DNA of 64,000 nt from Elusimicrobiales bacterium (GTDB lineage Bacteria; Elusimicrobiota; Elusimicrobia; Elusimicrobiales; UBA9959). Below, one piece after another: positions 51,107 to 61,358 of the stretch. Position 1 is the stretch's first letter. The number at the start of each line of letters is the position of its first letter. The stretch spans positions 1 through 64,000 of the forward strand of contig JBMFKQ010000003.1 in assembly GCA_049972095.1 (NCBI GenBank), given 5' to 3'. The notes below the pieces were generated by a model, which was given only the letters and a program-made list of their open reading frames with translations, made no database searches and was not told the origin of the DNA. A program made the translations under genes and the position numbers.

Positions 51107-51136
51107 ATAATAGCAAAAAACACCTTACAAATGCAA
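51107..51136 (-). promoter_or_regulatory. Putative rimP-nusA-infB promoter
   Basis: TTGCAT-18 nt-TATTAT with TGC extension. Confidence 0.6.
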
Positions 51137-51267
51137 GATTATAAGCTCATTTCCTTATTGTAAACTGCGATTAGATGGACTTTTTAGATGAATTAGATGG
51201 GAGAAATACTTTCTCAACAAAACATATAAACTTGGAGGTAAAATTACTATCTACTCACATCTTAAAA

Positions 51268-52014
51268 TCACTCAGTTTGTTTGATCTTTCTTACATTAAA
51301 TCTTTCCCTAAACTCTTTAACAAAATCGGCTGATATATCTACAATTCCGGGACCTTCCCTTGACTGGCAATCTATAATCATATCTCCGTTGGGGGAGAAG
51401 CATACTGAATATCCACTATACCTATTACCTTCATGATCCTCTCCAAGAGAATTTACACCTATAACATAAGCTTGATTTTCAATAGCCCTTGCAGATAAAA
51501 GTGAAACCCAGTGAGATATTCTTGAGTCCGGCCAAGCCGCTACAACTATATAGAGGGTTGTATAAGGTGCAACCTTCCAGAAAATTATAGGAAATCTTAA
51601 GTCAAAGCATATGAAAGGAGACACACTAAAACCCTCCATATCAAAAGTAACACTTTTTTTACCTCGGCGATAATGCTTATCCTCTTTTGATATGTGAAAG
51701 AGATTTATCTTTGAATATTCTGATATCCTTCTCCCATTCCTATCAAGTGTTATAAATTTATTGTATTTATTCTCAACCCCACCAAAAGATATATTTATGT
51801 GATACTTCTTTGCTATAGAGCAAAAAAAGTTTAGATCGTCTTCGCTTAGTGTTGATATCCTTATATTATTAGTAAATCCTGAAAGCGTCATCTCTGGAAA
51901 AATTATCCAATCAACACCTTTAAGGTCTGATGAATCTATGAGTTTTAGTATTCTTGTTTTATTTGCCTTTTTATCTTCCCACCTTATTCTATACTGAAAG
52001 AGCCCTATCTTCAT
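51268..52014 (-). CDS. Nitrilase-family carbon-nitrogen hydrolase (YafV/omega-amidase-like)
   Basis: Catalytic triad FPEM, YSKINLF, ICFDLRFP; ARAIENQ. Confidence 0.9.
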   Translation of the reverse strand: MKIGLFQYRIRWEDKKANKTRILKLIDSSDLKGVDWIIFPEMTLSGFTNNIRISTLSEDDLNFFCSIAKKYHINISFGGVENKYNKFITLDRNGRRISEYSKINLFHISKEDKHYRRGKKSVTFDMEGFSVSPFICFDLRFPIIFWKVAPYTTLYIVVAAWPDSRISHWVSLLSARAIENQAYVIGVNSLGEDHEGNRYSGYSVCFSPNGDMIIDCQSREGPGIVDISADFVKEFRERFNVRKIKQTE

Positions 52015-52021
52015 ACAAACC

Positions 52022-53752
52022 TCATAATATTTGAGATTTTATCTCTTCAATAAGATTCTTTAGATCTGAGACCTTCATCCTTGAGGGCAAATCTGATATT
52101 CTTTTTTTAAGCTCAAACTCACCACAAGACACAGTCTTCTTGCTTACGACAATACGCCACGGTAGTCCTATAAGATCACAGTCATTAAACTTAACTCCAG
52201 CTCTTTCATCTCTATCATCCCATAAAACCTCAATACCTTCATTAGCAAGTTGTGAATAAATAGAATGTGCTGTTTTTAAAACATCCTCATTATTCTCTAT
52301 ATTTATAAGATAGATATGAAAAGGTGCAATGGAAACCGGCCATATTATACCCTTTTCATCATGGTGTTGTTCTATTGCAGCTGCAACGATTCTTGAAACC
52401 CCTATGCCATAACAGCCCATCTCGATAAGTTTTTTTTGCTGATCTTTATCAAGATAATAACAATCAAGCTTTGATGAATACTTGGTGCCAAGTTTAAATA
52501 TCTGACCAACCTCTATTCCTCTTGTAAATTTGAGTTCACTACCACACTTAACACACCTGTCACCTTTAGACGCAACCTTTACATCAGCCCATATATCCGG
52601 CTGCCAATCCCTTGGAAAATTTATGTTTTTTGTATGATAATCATCTCTATTTGCACCAGAAATGCCATTAGCAACTCCTTTAAGGTGATTATCTGCAATT
52701 ATTAGATCAATATTTTTCCCATTTTTCTTAGCTATATCTCTTATACCAACCGGTCCAGCAAAGCCAACCTTGCCTCCTATTATAGCAGAATATTCTTGAG
52801 GGGAAAGCCTCTCAATAGATGATACAGCAGTTAGTCTAATGATCTTATCCTCATTTATTTCATGATCTCCTCTTATAAGAACAAGGATTATCTTGTTATC
52901 AGCTTTGTAAAACATTGTTTTTATGAATTTTTCCTTAGGAAGTCCTGTAAGCCTTGAAACATCTTCAACGGTATATAAATCTGGTGTTGGTATATCCTCA
53001 AGGGGCAGTTCACTTTCTTTCTTTTCAAAAACTGGCTCTTTCACCTCTGCCCTTTCAGTATTAGCCGCATATCCACAACTGCAAAAAGCTATCTCTGCCT
53101 CTCCTGTGGATGCAAGTACCATAAACTCATGTGAATAATTACCACCTATCGCACCGGTTACAGCCTCAACAGCTTTAAAATTAAGACCGCATCTTTTAAA
53201 TATCCTTGAGTAAGCATCATAGAGCTTCCAATACCACTCAATACAATCTTTTTCATCAGTATGAAATGAATATGCATCTTTCATATAAAACTCTCTTGCT
53301 CTCATAACACCAAATCTTGGTCTTATCTCATCCCTGAATTTTAAGCCAAATTGATAAAGAAGAAGGGGAAGTTCTCTATAAGATGTTATCTCTTTCTTCA
53401 CAAGCTCTGTTATAACCTCTTCTGCAGTAGGAGCAAAGCAATACTCATTGTCCTTTCTATCTTTTATCCTGAGAAGCTCTTTACCGTAAACATCCCATCT
53501 TCCAGTTTTTGTCCACAGATCCTTTGGTTGTATAACAGGAAGCCATAACTCAATCGCTCCAATTCTATCAAGCTCCTGACGTATTATGTTTTCCACTTTT
53601 TTAAGAACTCTAAAACCCAATGGCAGCCATTCATATATTCCACTCGCGAGCTTTCTTATCATTGATGATCTTATCATAAGCTGTGCTGATATACTATCTG
53701 CATCAGATGGTGTTTCTCTCACAGTGTTTAAAAAATATCTTGTTCGTCTCAT
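52022..53752 (-). CDS. proS: Proline--tRNA ligase (bacterial type with editing domain)
   Basis: PTAEE, KFRDEIRPRFG, REFYMKDAYSF, GIEVGQIF, MGCYGIG. Confidence 0.97.
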   Translation of the reverse strand: MRRTRYFLNTVRETPSDADSISAQLMIRSSMIRKLASGIYEWLPLGFRVLKKVENIIRQELDRIGAIELWLPVIQPKDLWTKTGRWDVYGKELLRIKDRKDNEYCFAPTAEEVITELVKKEITSYRELPLLLYQFGLKFRDEIRPRFGVMRAREFYMKDAYSFHTDEKDCIEWYWKLYDAYSRIFKRCGLNFKAVEAVTGAIGGNYSHEFMVLASTGEAEIAFCSCGYAANTERAEVKEPVFEKKESELPLEDIPTPDLYTVEDVSRLTGLPKEKFIKTMFYKADNKIILVLIRGDHEINEDKIIRLTAVSSIERLSPQEYSAIIGGKVGFAGPVGIRDIAKKNGKNIDLIIADNHLKGVANGISGANRDDYHTKNINFPRDWQPDIWADVKVASKGDRCVKCGSELKFTRGIEVGQIFKLGTKYSSKLDCYYLDKDQQKKLIEMGCYGIGVSRIVAAAIEQHHDEKGIIWPVSIAPFHIYLINIENNEDVLKTAHSIYSQLANEGIEVLWDDRDERAGVKFNDCDLIGLPWRIVVSKKTVSCGEFELKKRISDLPSRMKVSDLKNLIEEIKSQIL

Positions 53753-53782
53753 TTTTAATCCTCCGCCTCTACTGTTGTAATC

Positions 53783-54883
53783 TTATAATGATCTTATCTT
53801 TCTAATTATCTCATTAACCCACTCAGACTCGTGTATAACCTTAACGCACTTTCCATTCTCTATCCATATACCATTCCCCTTCCCACCGCATATACCAAAA
53901 TCTGCATATCTTGCCTCACCCGGTCCATTAACAACGCATCCCATAACCGCAATTTTCTTACCTTCAGATTTTTTTCTCAGAAAACTATCAGAATATATCC
54001 TTTCTTCTATTTTTTTAACTACATCTATCAGATTTATCTGACACCTACCGCAGGTTGGACATGATATGATATGAGGTCCATAATCTCTAAGCCCAAGGCT
54101 TTTCAGTATTTCAAACCCAGCTATAACCTCTTTGTATGGTTCATCAGTAAGGGAAACTCTTATAGTATCACCAATACCCTCAGAAAGAAGCCTGTATGCA
54201 AAGATGGAGGTTTTAACAAGCCCGCTTATAAAAGGACCTGCCTCTGTTATTCCTATATGAAGAGGCAAATCTGTTTTTAAAGCAAAGATCTTGTTTGCTT
54301 CAAGTGTTCTTTCTATATCATCAGCCTTAAGTGAGACTACTATATCTTTAAAACCATTACTCTCAAAGAAATCCACATACTCCATAGCCTCACTAACCAT
54401 TTCTAATGCCCATCTATAGCAATCCCATCCAGAGACATTCTTTTTTTCTCTCACAGCCTTTATTGAGCCAGCGTTTACCCCTATTCTTATGGAAACCCCT
54501 CTGTCTTTAGCAACCTTTATGAGTTCTACAAGATTCTCTTTGTTCCCTATATTACCAGGATTTATTCTTATTTTATCTGCACCATTTTTTATCGCCTCAA
54601 TGGCAAGCTTGTGATTGAAGTGTATATCTGCTATAAGCGGTATATTCATTGCAGGTTTTATTTTAGATATTGCTTTTGCAGCATCCTCATCAAAAACACT
54701 TATTCTCACAGCCTCACAGCCATATTCCTCAAGCTTTTCTATCTGTTTCAATGTGGAGATTAGATCTCTGGTATCAGTGTTTGTCATTGATTGAACAAGA
54801 ATTGGATTATTTGCACCTATATAACGATTTCCTAAACGAACCGGCCTTGTTTTCCTTCTTTTTATCTTATTTTGCTGCTTCAT
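53783..54883 (-). CDS. ispG: (E)-4-hydroxy-3-methylbut-2-enyl-diphosphate synthase
   Basis: VQSMTNT, ADIHF, RINPGN, GDTIRVSL, SCPTCGR, GCVVNGPGE. Confidence 0.97.
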   Translation of the reverse strand: MKQQNKIKRRKTRPVRLGNRYIGANNPILVQSMTNTDTRDLISTLKQIEKLEEYGCEAVRISVFDEDAAKAISKIKPAMNIPLIADIHFNHKLAIEAIKNGADKIRINPGNIGNKENLVELIKVAKDRGVSIRIGVNAGSIKAVREKKNVSGWDCYRWALEMVSEAMEYVDFFESNGFKDIVVSLKADDIERTLEANKIFALKTDLPLHIGITEAGPFISGLVKTSIFAYRLLSEGIGDTIRVSLTDEPYKEVIAGFEILKSLGLRDYGPHIISCPTCGRCQINLIDVVKKIEERIYSDSFLRKKSEGKKIAVMGCVVNGPGEARYADFGICGGKGNGIWIENGKCVKVIHESEWVNEIIRKIRSL

Positions 54884-55937
54884 TGGATTGAAGTTTAATT
54901 TTATGATGCTTATATATTCTGGTTATATCTGAGTATGTTGCAAAAACAAGTATGCTAGCTAGGATAACTATTCCTACTGATGTTACATATTTTATAATCC
55001 GAGGTGTTAATCTTTTACCCGATACACCCTCAAAAATATACATAACAAGATGCCCTCCATCGAGAAGTGGAAGTGGTAGGAGATTAAAAAAGCCCACAGC
55101 TATCGATATCAACCCAACAAGAAAAAGAAAATCCCAGAAACCAGATTGAGCTGCCTTTGAGACTATCTGAACTATACCTATTGGTCCTGCAATATCAGGT
55201 TTTTGTCTTCTATATATACTCATTGCAATGGTTCTAATAGTCATTGATGTCCAATAAATTATCTGAGCAAAAGACATTTTAATAGCCTCAAAAAAACTAA
55301 CCCTTTTGTATTCTGTATAAGGAACTATACCTATCACACCTCTTTCAGAAGCAGGATCTCTCCTTGTAACAATCCTTATAGAATAAATCTTCCCATCCCT
55401 TTCATATTCAAGTACTATCTCCTTTTCTATTTTTGGCGAAATCATATTCATCATATCCTTCCATGTATCTATCTTCTTTCCATCTATGCCAACTATTCTA
55501 TCGCCACTTTTAAGTCCTGCAAGATCTGCAGGAAATCCCTCAGCCACATCCCCTATAATTGCTTTTGAAGATGGAACTGGCTTGCCAACCCAGAATATAA
55601 CAGTAAAGAATATCAGAAAACTCAAAATATAGTTCATCACAGGTCCTGCGATTACTATCATAATCCTTTCATACCATTTTTTTGAAAAATACTCATCATT
55701 CTCTCCTTTGTAGTCATTTATATCCTCACCTTTAGGTTTAACATATCCTCCAAGTGGAATGAGTCTTATTGAATAAACAGTTCCGCTTTTTATCTTTTGA
55801 AGAATTGCTTTTCCAAATCCAAAGGAAAACTCCTCTACATAAACTCCAAGCACTTTTAATACTATAAAATGACCAAGCTCATGTATGAATATTATTATTC
55901 CAAATGTAAAGATTATACCGGCAATTGACTCTATCAT
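54867..55937 (-). CDS. rseP: RIP metalloprotease RseP
   Basis: HELGH, PLGGYV, AGPVMN, PDZ domain, NLLPLPLLDGG. Confidence 0.95.
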   Translation of the reverse strand: MIESIAGIIFTFGIIIFIHELGHFIVLKVLGVYVEEFSFGFGKAILQKIKSGTVYSIRLIPLGGYVKPKGEDINDYKGENDEYFSKKWYERIMIVIAGPVMNYILSFLIFFTVIFWVGKPVPSSKAIIGDVAEGFPADLAGLKSGDRIVGIDGKKIDTWKDMMNMISPKIEKEIVLEYERDGKIYSIRIVTRRDPASERGVIGIVPYTEYKRVSFFEAIKMSFAQIIYWTSMTIRTIAMSIYRRQKPDIAGPIGIVQIVSKAAQSGFWDFLFLVGLISIAVGFFNLLPLPLLDGGHLVMYIFEGVSGKRLTPRIIKYVTSVGIVILASILVFATYSDITRIYKHHKIKLQSNEAAK

Positions 55938-57115
55938 CTCCTTTCCTTTAAAATGCTTTCTGCTACCTCTCTTGCCTTATACCTTGCCCACCCATCAGCC
56001 TCAACGATGGCATCTATTGAAAGGATAGCTTTCCTTTTTGTAGAATTCCATCCTTTAATAACCCTTGCAACAACTTGGGCAATCTCATTAAATTTTATCA
56101 AACCGCTAAGAAACATCTCAACTGCAACCTCATTTGCCGCATTAAGAAGTGCGGGATAAACATCTCCTTTTCTTGCTGATTCAATTGCAAGAATAAGACA
56201 TGGAAATTTTTTAAAATCAGGCTTATAAAACTCAAGCTTTTTAGCTTCAAATATGTTAAGCTTCTTCACAGGCGATGCAATCCTTTCAGGCCATGTTATT
56301 GAGTATTGTATTGGGAGCCTCATATCAGGATAAGACATCTGAGCCATAATTGAACCATCACAAAATTCAAGGGCTGAGTGAATAATTGACTGTGGATGAA
56401 TGACCACCTCTATTTTTGATACATCAATATCGAAAAGATTTTTTATCTCTATCACCTCAAGCCCTTTGTTCATAAGTGTGGCACTATCAACAGAGATCTT
56501 TTTTCCCATCCTCCATCTTGGATGTTTAATGGCTTGTGATGGACTTACATATGAGAGATCTCCACAATATCTGTAAAATGGACCTCCTGATGCTGTGAGG
56601 TATACCTTTTTAACTGGGGATGAGTCAAATCCCCCTAATATTTGAAAAATTGCAGATGGTTCAGAATCAACAGGTATTATGAGAGTGTTATTCTTATTAG
56701 CCTCCTTTTTAATTATCTGGCCAGCTATGACAAGTGGTTCTTTGTTTGCAACACAGATCCTTGGTATTCTGCCTATTGCACAAAAAATGGGGAAAATCCC
56801 AATACTTCCACTTACAGCGAGCATCAAAATATCAGAATCAACACTTTCAACAAGTTTGCATAATCCTTCAACCCCAGCTGGGAAAAGTTTAACTGAAGCA
56901 GGAATAAGTTTCTTAATCTCTTTCCTTTTATCATCATCAAAAACACATACCTTTTTAACTCCAAAGCGATGTATCTGCTTAAGTCCCTCAGATATATTTG
57001 AAAAAAAGGCAATACCTTCAAGCTGATAATTCCCAAGGAAACTGATAACATCAATAGTGCTTTTACCTATGGAGCCTGTCGAGCCAAGAATTGTTATTCT
57101 TTTTTTACTTTTCAT
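55934..57115 (-). CDS. dxr: 1-deoxy-D-xylulose-5-phosphate reductoisomerase
   Basis: LGSTGSIG, ANKE, PVDSE, TASGGPF, HPRWRMGKKISVDSATLMNKGLE. Confidence 0.97.
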   Translation of the reverse strand: MKSKKRITILGSTGSIGKSTIDVISFLGNYQLEGIAFFSNISEGLKQIHRFGVKKVCVFDDDKRKEIKKLIPASVKLFPAGVEGLCKLVESVDSDILMLAVSGSIGIFPIFCAIGRIPRICVANKEPLVIAGQIIKKEANKNNTLIIPVDSEPSAIFQILGGFDSSPVKKVYLTASGGPFYRYCGDLSYVSPSQAIKHPRWRMGKKISVDSATLMNKGLEVIEIKNLFDIDVSKIEVVIHPQSIIHSALEFCDGSIMAQMSYPDMRLPIQYSITWPERIASPVKKLNIFEAKKLEFYKPDFKKFPCLILAIESARKGDVYPALLNAANEVAVEMFLSGLIKFNEIAQVVARVIKGWNSTKRKAILSIDAIVEADGWARYKAREVAESILKERR

Positions 57116-57906
57116 CTTATAACTACATAAAAATAATAGAAAAGTGGGGCAAGAAAAAGGTAAGAATCAAATCTATCAAACACACCACCATGTCCGGGCA
57201 GCAAATTTGACGAATCCTTGACACCGCAGCTTCTTTTAATAAGAGATTGTGCAAGGTCAGAATATTGACCAGCAATCGCGGTTATAAATGATACTGCTAT
57301 AAACTGCCATCTTGAAAGAATATCAAAATTTTTCGAAACAACATAAAAAAACAATATGCAAGAAATAAGACCTGCAAAAAAACCTTCCAATGTCTTTTTA
57401 GGACTTACACTTGAAAGCCTTCTTTTTCCAAACTTAGTTCCAAAAAAATAAGCTGCTGTATCACATATCCATACAGATATAAAAAGAATATATGTAAAAA
57501 ACCTTCCGTTTGAGGGAATATCTCGTATCAGTATCAGATGAGAAAGCGTAAATGAGATGAAAAAGCTTGCGATGTATGTGTAGGCAATCCTTTCAAGTGA
57601 CCATTCTTTTCTAAACACCTCAACAAAAAAAGGAAGAATCACACAAAAAGAAATAACCATCGTTATGAAGTTGTATGATGGAGCATCTCCATTAAGGTAA
57701 AAAGCGATAGGTATAGTTGCCGATGAAATAAAAAGAGAGAAAAAATCAGCAGACTTAGAGGATAATTTCATCATTATATAATACTCCCAAGCCGATGCAA
57801 TTATGACAAACATAACAAAGAGAAGAAATGGAATACCGCCTATATAAACCACAGTTAAAACAATAGGTATCCCAAAAACCGCTGTTATTACTCTTGGAAG
57901 TATCAT
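57112..57906 (-). CDS. cdsA: Phosphatidate cytidylyltransferase
   Basis: DTAAYF, SPKKTLEG, KDSSNLLPGHGGVFDRFD; ATGA overlap with uppS places the start at 57906. Confidence 0.95.
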   Translation of the reverse strand: MILPRVITAVFGIPIVLTVVYIGGIPFLLFVMFVIIASAWEYYIMMKLSSKSADFFSLFISSATIPIAFYLNGDAPSYNFITMVISFCVILPFFVEVFRKEWSLERIAYTYIASFFISFTLSHLILIRDIPSNGRFFTYILFISVWICDTAAYFFGTKFGKRRLSSVSPKKTLEGFFAGLISCILFFYVVSKNFDILSRWQFIAVSFITAIAGQYSDLAQSLIKRSCGVKDSSNLLPGHGGVFDRFDSYLFLAPLFYYFYVVIR

Positions 57907-58610
57907 TTTCCCATTCTTCTTTCTCTTTTTCCAAAATCCAGTATAGCAGCCAGAAGATCGTTTTCTGAAAAATCGGGCCAAAGGGTCTGTGTTACATAAA
58001 ACTCTGAGTACACTGACTGCCATATAAGAAAGTTTGAAAGTCTCATCTCGCCTGATGTTCTAATAACAAGTTGAGGTTCTGGTAGGGGATATGTATAGAG
58101 ATTTTTCTCTATATCTTGTTCAGTTATCTTCTTTGCTCCATTTTCAATTATCCTATTTACCGCATCAACTATCTCGCGCCTACCACCATAATTGAGAGCA
58201 AGATTTAAAACCATATTCCTCTCATCCTTAAGATAATAAACAGCTTTTAATATCTCACGGGACAAAGAAGGGGGGAATTCATCAATCCTTCCAATTATTT
58301 TCAAGGATATACCATTTTTTTTCAGATCTTCACGATATTTTTTTATTGTTTGTTTTAAAAGCATTAAAAGACCTCTAACCTCATCTTTCGGTCTCATCCA
58401 GTTTTCAGTAGAAAATGTATAGAGCGTGAGATACTTTATTCCAATCTTTCTTGAAGTCTCAACAACCCTTTTAACACTTTCAACACCCTTTTTATGACCA
58501 TATATGATAGGATAATGATGTTTTTTTGCCCATCTTCTATTCCCGTCCATTATTATAGCAAGATGAAACGGTGAATTAAGGTTGATTATCTTTTTACATT
58601 CATCTATCAT
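57903..58610 (-). CDS. uppS: Undecaprenyl diphosphate synthase
   Basis: HLAIIMDGNRRWA, FSTENW, NYGGR, IRTSGEMRLSNFLIWQ. Confidence 0.97.
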   Translation of the reverse strand: MIDECKKIINLNSPFHLAIIMDGNRRWAKKHHYPIIYGHKKGVESVKRVVETSRKIGIKYLTLYTFSTENWMRPKDEVRGLLMLLKQTIKKYREDLKKNGISLKIIGRIDEFPPSLSREILKAVYYLKDERNMVLNLALNYGGRREIVDAVNRIIENGAKKITEQDIEKNLYTYPLPEPQLVIRTSGEMRLSNFLIWQSVYSEFYVTQTLWPDFSENDLLAAILDFGKRERRMGK

Positions 58611-58615
58611 CTAAT

Positions 58616-59176
58616 TTATACAGTAAGGATATCTTTCTCTTTTGTCTGTGATAACTGATTTACATTTTCTATAAATCTATCAGTAATCTTTTGAATCTGT
58701 GCTTCATATCTTTTTGCGTCATCCTCGGAAATCTCAGAATTCTTTTGAGCTTTTTTTATCTTTTCTATATAATCCCTTCTTATATTTCTTATCTCAACCC
58801 TTATCTCCTCAGCAATCTGTGCAACAACCTTAGCCAATTTTTTTCTCTGCTCCTCATTCATAGGGGGGAGATTTATTCGTATAATATCCCCCTGCCTTTG
58901 AGGGGTACTTCCGAGGTCGATCTTTTTTAACTCCACCTCAATAGCATCAAGAGCTGTTCTATCCCAGGGTTTTATTTCAAGTGTTCTTGCATCAGGCACA
59001 CTTACAGCAGCAACCTGTTTTAAAGGCACCCTTGAGCCATAATATTCAACATAAACACTATCAAGGAGCTGAGGATTTGCCCTTCCTGTTCTAAGTGATT
59101 TAAATTCTCCCTTAAGTTTCTCAATCTTAATAGACATTTCCTTTTCACATTTTGACATCAAATCATTGATATTCAT
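58616..59176 (-). CDS. frr: Ribosome recycling factor
   Basis: LRTGRANP, YYG, IRNIRR. Confidence 0.97.
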   Translation of the reverse strand: MNINDLMSKCEKEMSIKIEKLKGEFKSLRTGRANPQLLDSVYVEYYGSRVPLKQVAAVSVPDARTLEIKPWDRTALDAIEVELKKIDLGSTPQRQGDIIRINLPPMNEEQRKKLAKVVAQIAEEIRVEIRNIRRDYIEKIKKAQKNSEISEDDAKRYEAQIQKITDRFIENVNQLSQTKEKDILTV

Positions 59177-59235
59177 AAAATCCTCCTCAAAAGAAAATCT
59201 CCTTAATTATTATTATACCGATTTTTTAAATCAAA

Positions 59236-59784
59236 TTAAATATTTTCTTCCAAAAATTCGCATATGGTATGTATCACAAAAAGATGTGCTTCCTGAACAC
59301 GTGGGGTTGGTGCTTCAAAATCAATAAAGGTATCACTAAGCTTAGCAATTTTTCCTTTTCTGCCAAGGATACCAATAGTTTTTATGCCATAAGTTTTTGC
59401 AATCTTAAAAGCATTAATAACATTTTTGCTATTTCCTGATGTTGAAAGACCAATTAGAACATCACCCTTTCTTCCAATTGCCTCAACCTGCCTTGCAAAA
59501 ACAACCTCATACGAGTAATCATTTGAGACAGAGCTAATAACTGAGATATCAGATGCAAGTGAGATGGCACAAAAACCTTTTCTTTCTCTTTGATATCTTC
59601 CAACGATCTCTGCTGCAAAATGCTGGCTTTGTGAAGCACTACCTCCGTTTCCACAAATAAGAATTTTATTTCCATTTTTTAAAGCATTTAAAATTAGACT
59701 ACATATCTCATATATTTTCTCTCTTTTAAGAGATATCTGATCAAAGATTTCTTTTGCTTCTTTTAGATTTTTCTCTAAGTCCAT
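59236..59784 (-). CDS. gmhA: D-sedoheptulose 7-phosphate isomerase
   Basis: CGNGGSASQSQH, NDY, FARQV, STSGNS, RVQEAH. Confidence 0.93.
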   Translation of the reverse strand: MDLEKNLKEAKEIFDQISLKREKIYEICSLILNALKNGNKILICGNGGSASQSQHFAAEIVGRYQRERKGFCAISLASDISVISSVSNDYSYEVVFARQVEAIGRKGDVLIGLSTSGNSKNVINAFKIAKTYGIKTIGILGRKGKIAKLSDTFIDFEAPTPRVQEAHLFVIHTICEFLEENI

Positions 59785-59786
59785 AG

Positions 59787-60506
59787 CTATGATATAAGCG
59801 TGCCTATATCATTTCCAATAATAGCTTTGTATATATTTTCTTTCTTATGAAGATTGAAAACCCTTATTGGAATGGAGTTTTCCATACACAGAGTTAAAGC
59901 GGACTGATCCATAAATTTAAGCTGAGCCTTTATAGCATCCATATATGAAAGCCTCTTTATCAATCTTGCATTTCTATCAGTTTTCGGGTCTGAGCTATAT
60001 ACGCCATCAACTTGAGTTGCTTTAAGAAGAATATCAGCATTTATCTCGCTTGCCCTCAATGCTGCTGCTGTATCAGTTGTAAAATATGGATTTCCAGTCC
60101 CACCTGCAAATATAACAACCCTTCCCTTTTCAAGATGCCTAATAGCCTTTCTTCTTATGAAAGGCTCTGCTATCTGGGCTATTGTTATGGCAGTTTGAAC
60201 CCTGGTAACTATACCAATATTCTCAAGAGCTGATTGAAGCGCAAGGGCATTTATAACCGTTGCAAGCATCCCCATATTGTCAGAGGTAACTCTATCTATG
60301 CCGTTGTGATTCTTATTTGCCCCTCTCCATATATTTCCGCCACCTATAACTATCGCAAGCTGAGTATTCTTACTTTTAACTGCCTTTTTTATCTCCAGTG
60401 CTATATAGCTCAAAGAATCTTTGGATATAACATCATTCTTTTTATGGCTATTAAGTATAGAAAGAGCCTCACCCGAAATTTTAAGAAGGACTCTTTTTGG
60501 TTTCAT
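59787..60506 (-). CDS. pyrH: UMP kinase
   Basis: RVLLKISGE, GGGNIWRG, GTGNPYFTTDTAA. Confidence 0.97.
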   Translation of the reverse strand: MKPKRVLLKISGEALSILNSHKKNDVISKDSLSYIALEIKKAVKSKNTQLAIVIGGGNIWRGANKNHNGIDRVTSDNMGMLATVINALALQSALENIGIVTRVQTAITIAQIAEPFIRRKAIRHLEKGRVVIFAGGTGNPYFTTDTAAALRASEINADILLKATQVDGVYSSDPKTDRNARLIKRLSYMDAIKAQLKFMDQSALTLCMENSIPIRVFNLHKKENIYKAIIGNDIGTLIS

Positions 60507-60515
60507 CAATACTAT

Positions 60516-61358
60516 TCAATAGCCTATTATAAATGCATCAAACTCAATAATATCAAGCTTGCAAGCACATTCTCTTGAAATGTTCTCAAGATACTGTTTA
60601 ATGGTAATCTTGTTGTCTTTTATATATGGCTGCTCCATAAGACAGGTATCTTGAAAAAACTTGTTTATTCTTCCTTCAAGCATCTTTGAAACAGCAACAT
60701 CAGTTTTTCCTTGTGCCTGAGGGCTTGCTTTATATATCTCTTTTTCCTTCTCTATAACCTCATTAGGGACATTCTCCCTTCTTATCCATCTTGGCGACAT
60801 TGCAACAATCTGCATTGCTATGTTCTTTGCAAACTCTTCAATCTTTGATCTATCACAGCTACCTTCAACAGCTATTCTAACAAGGGCAGCCTTTTTTTTA
60901 TCTGAATGAAGATAAGAACCAACAACAGATCCACTATTCAATTTATAAACTGTGCTTCTTCTTATCTGCATGTTTTCACCTATCTTCATTGCAACAGAGT
61001 TTAGTATCTGTTTAGCCCCTTCATCCATATGCGGTAAAAAACCATCCTTCTCAATCATCTCATCAGCAAGTTTGTTAGCAAGGGATACAAACTCTTCATT
61101 TCTTGCGACAAAATCTGTTTCACAATCTATCTCAAGCATAACATATTTTGAACCATTATTCTTAACAACAACTATACCTTCTTTCATTTCTCTTGCTGCT
61201 CTTTTAAGAAGTCCGCTCAAGCCCTTTTTTCTCAATATTTCCACGGCCTTCTCTATATCACCATTCGCCTCTTCAAGAGCATTTTTACAGTCCATTATAC
61301 CAGCACCTGTCTGTGATCTAAGCTGCTTTATAATTTCTTTTGATATCACACTGCTCAT
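60516..61358 (-). CDS. tsf: Elongation factor Ts
   Basis: [27 protein letters not shown]. Confidence 0.97.
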   Translation of the reverse strand: MSSVISKEIIKQLRSQTGAGIMDCKNALEEANGDIEKAVEILRKKGLSGLLKRAAREMKEGIVVVKNNGSKYVMLEIDCETDFVARNEEFVSLANKLADEMIEKDGFLPHMDEGAKQILNSVAMKIGENMQIRRSTVYKLNSGSVVGSYLHSDKKKAALVRIAVEGSCDRSKIEEFAKNIAMQIVAMSPRWIRRENVPNEVIEKEKEIYKASPQAQGKTDVAVSKMLEGRINKFFQDTCLMEQPYIKDNKITIKQYLENISRECACKLDIIEFDAFIIGY

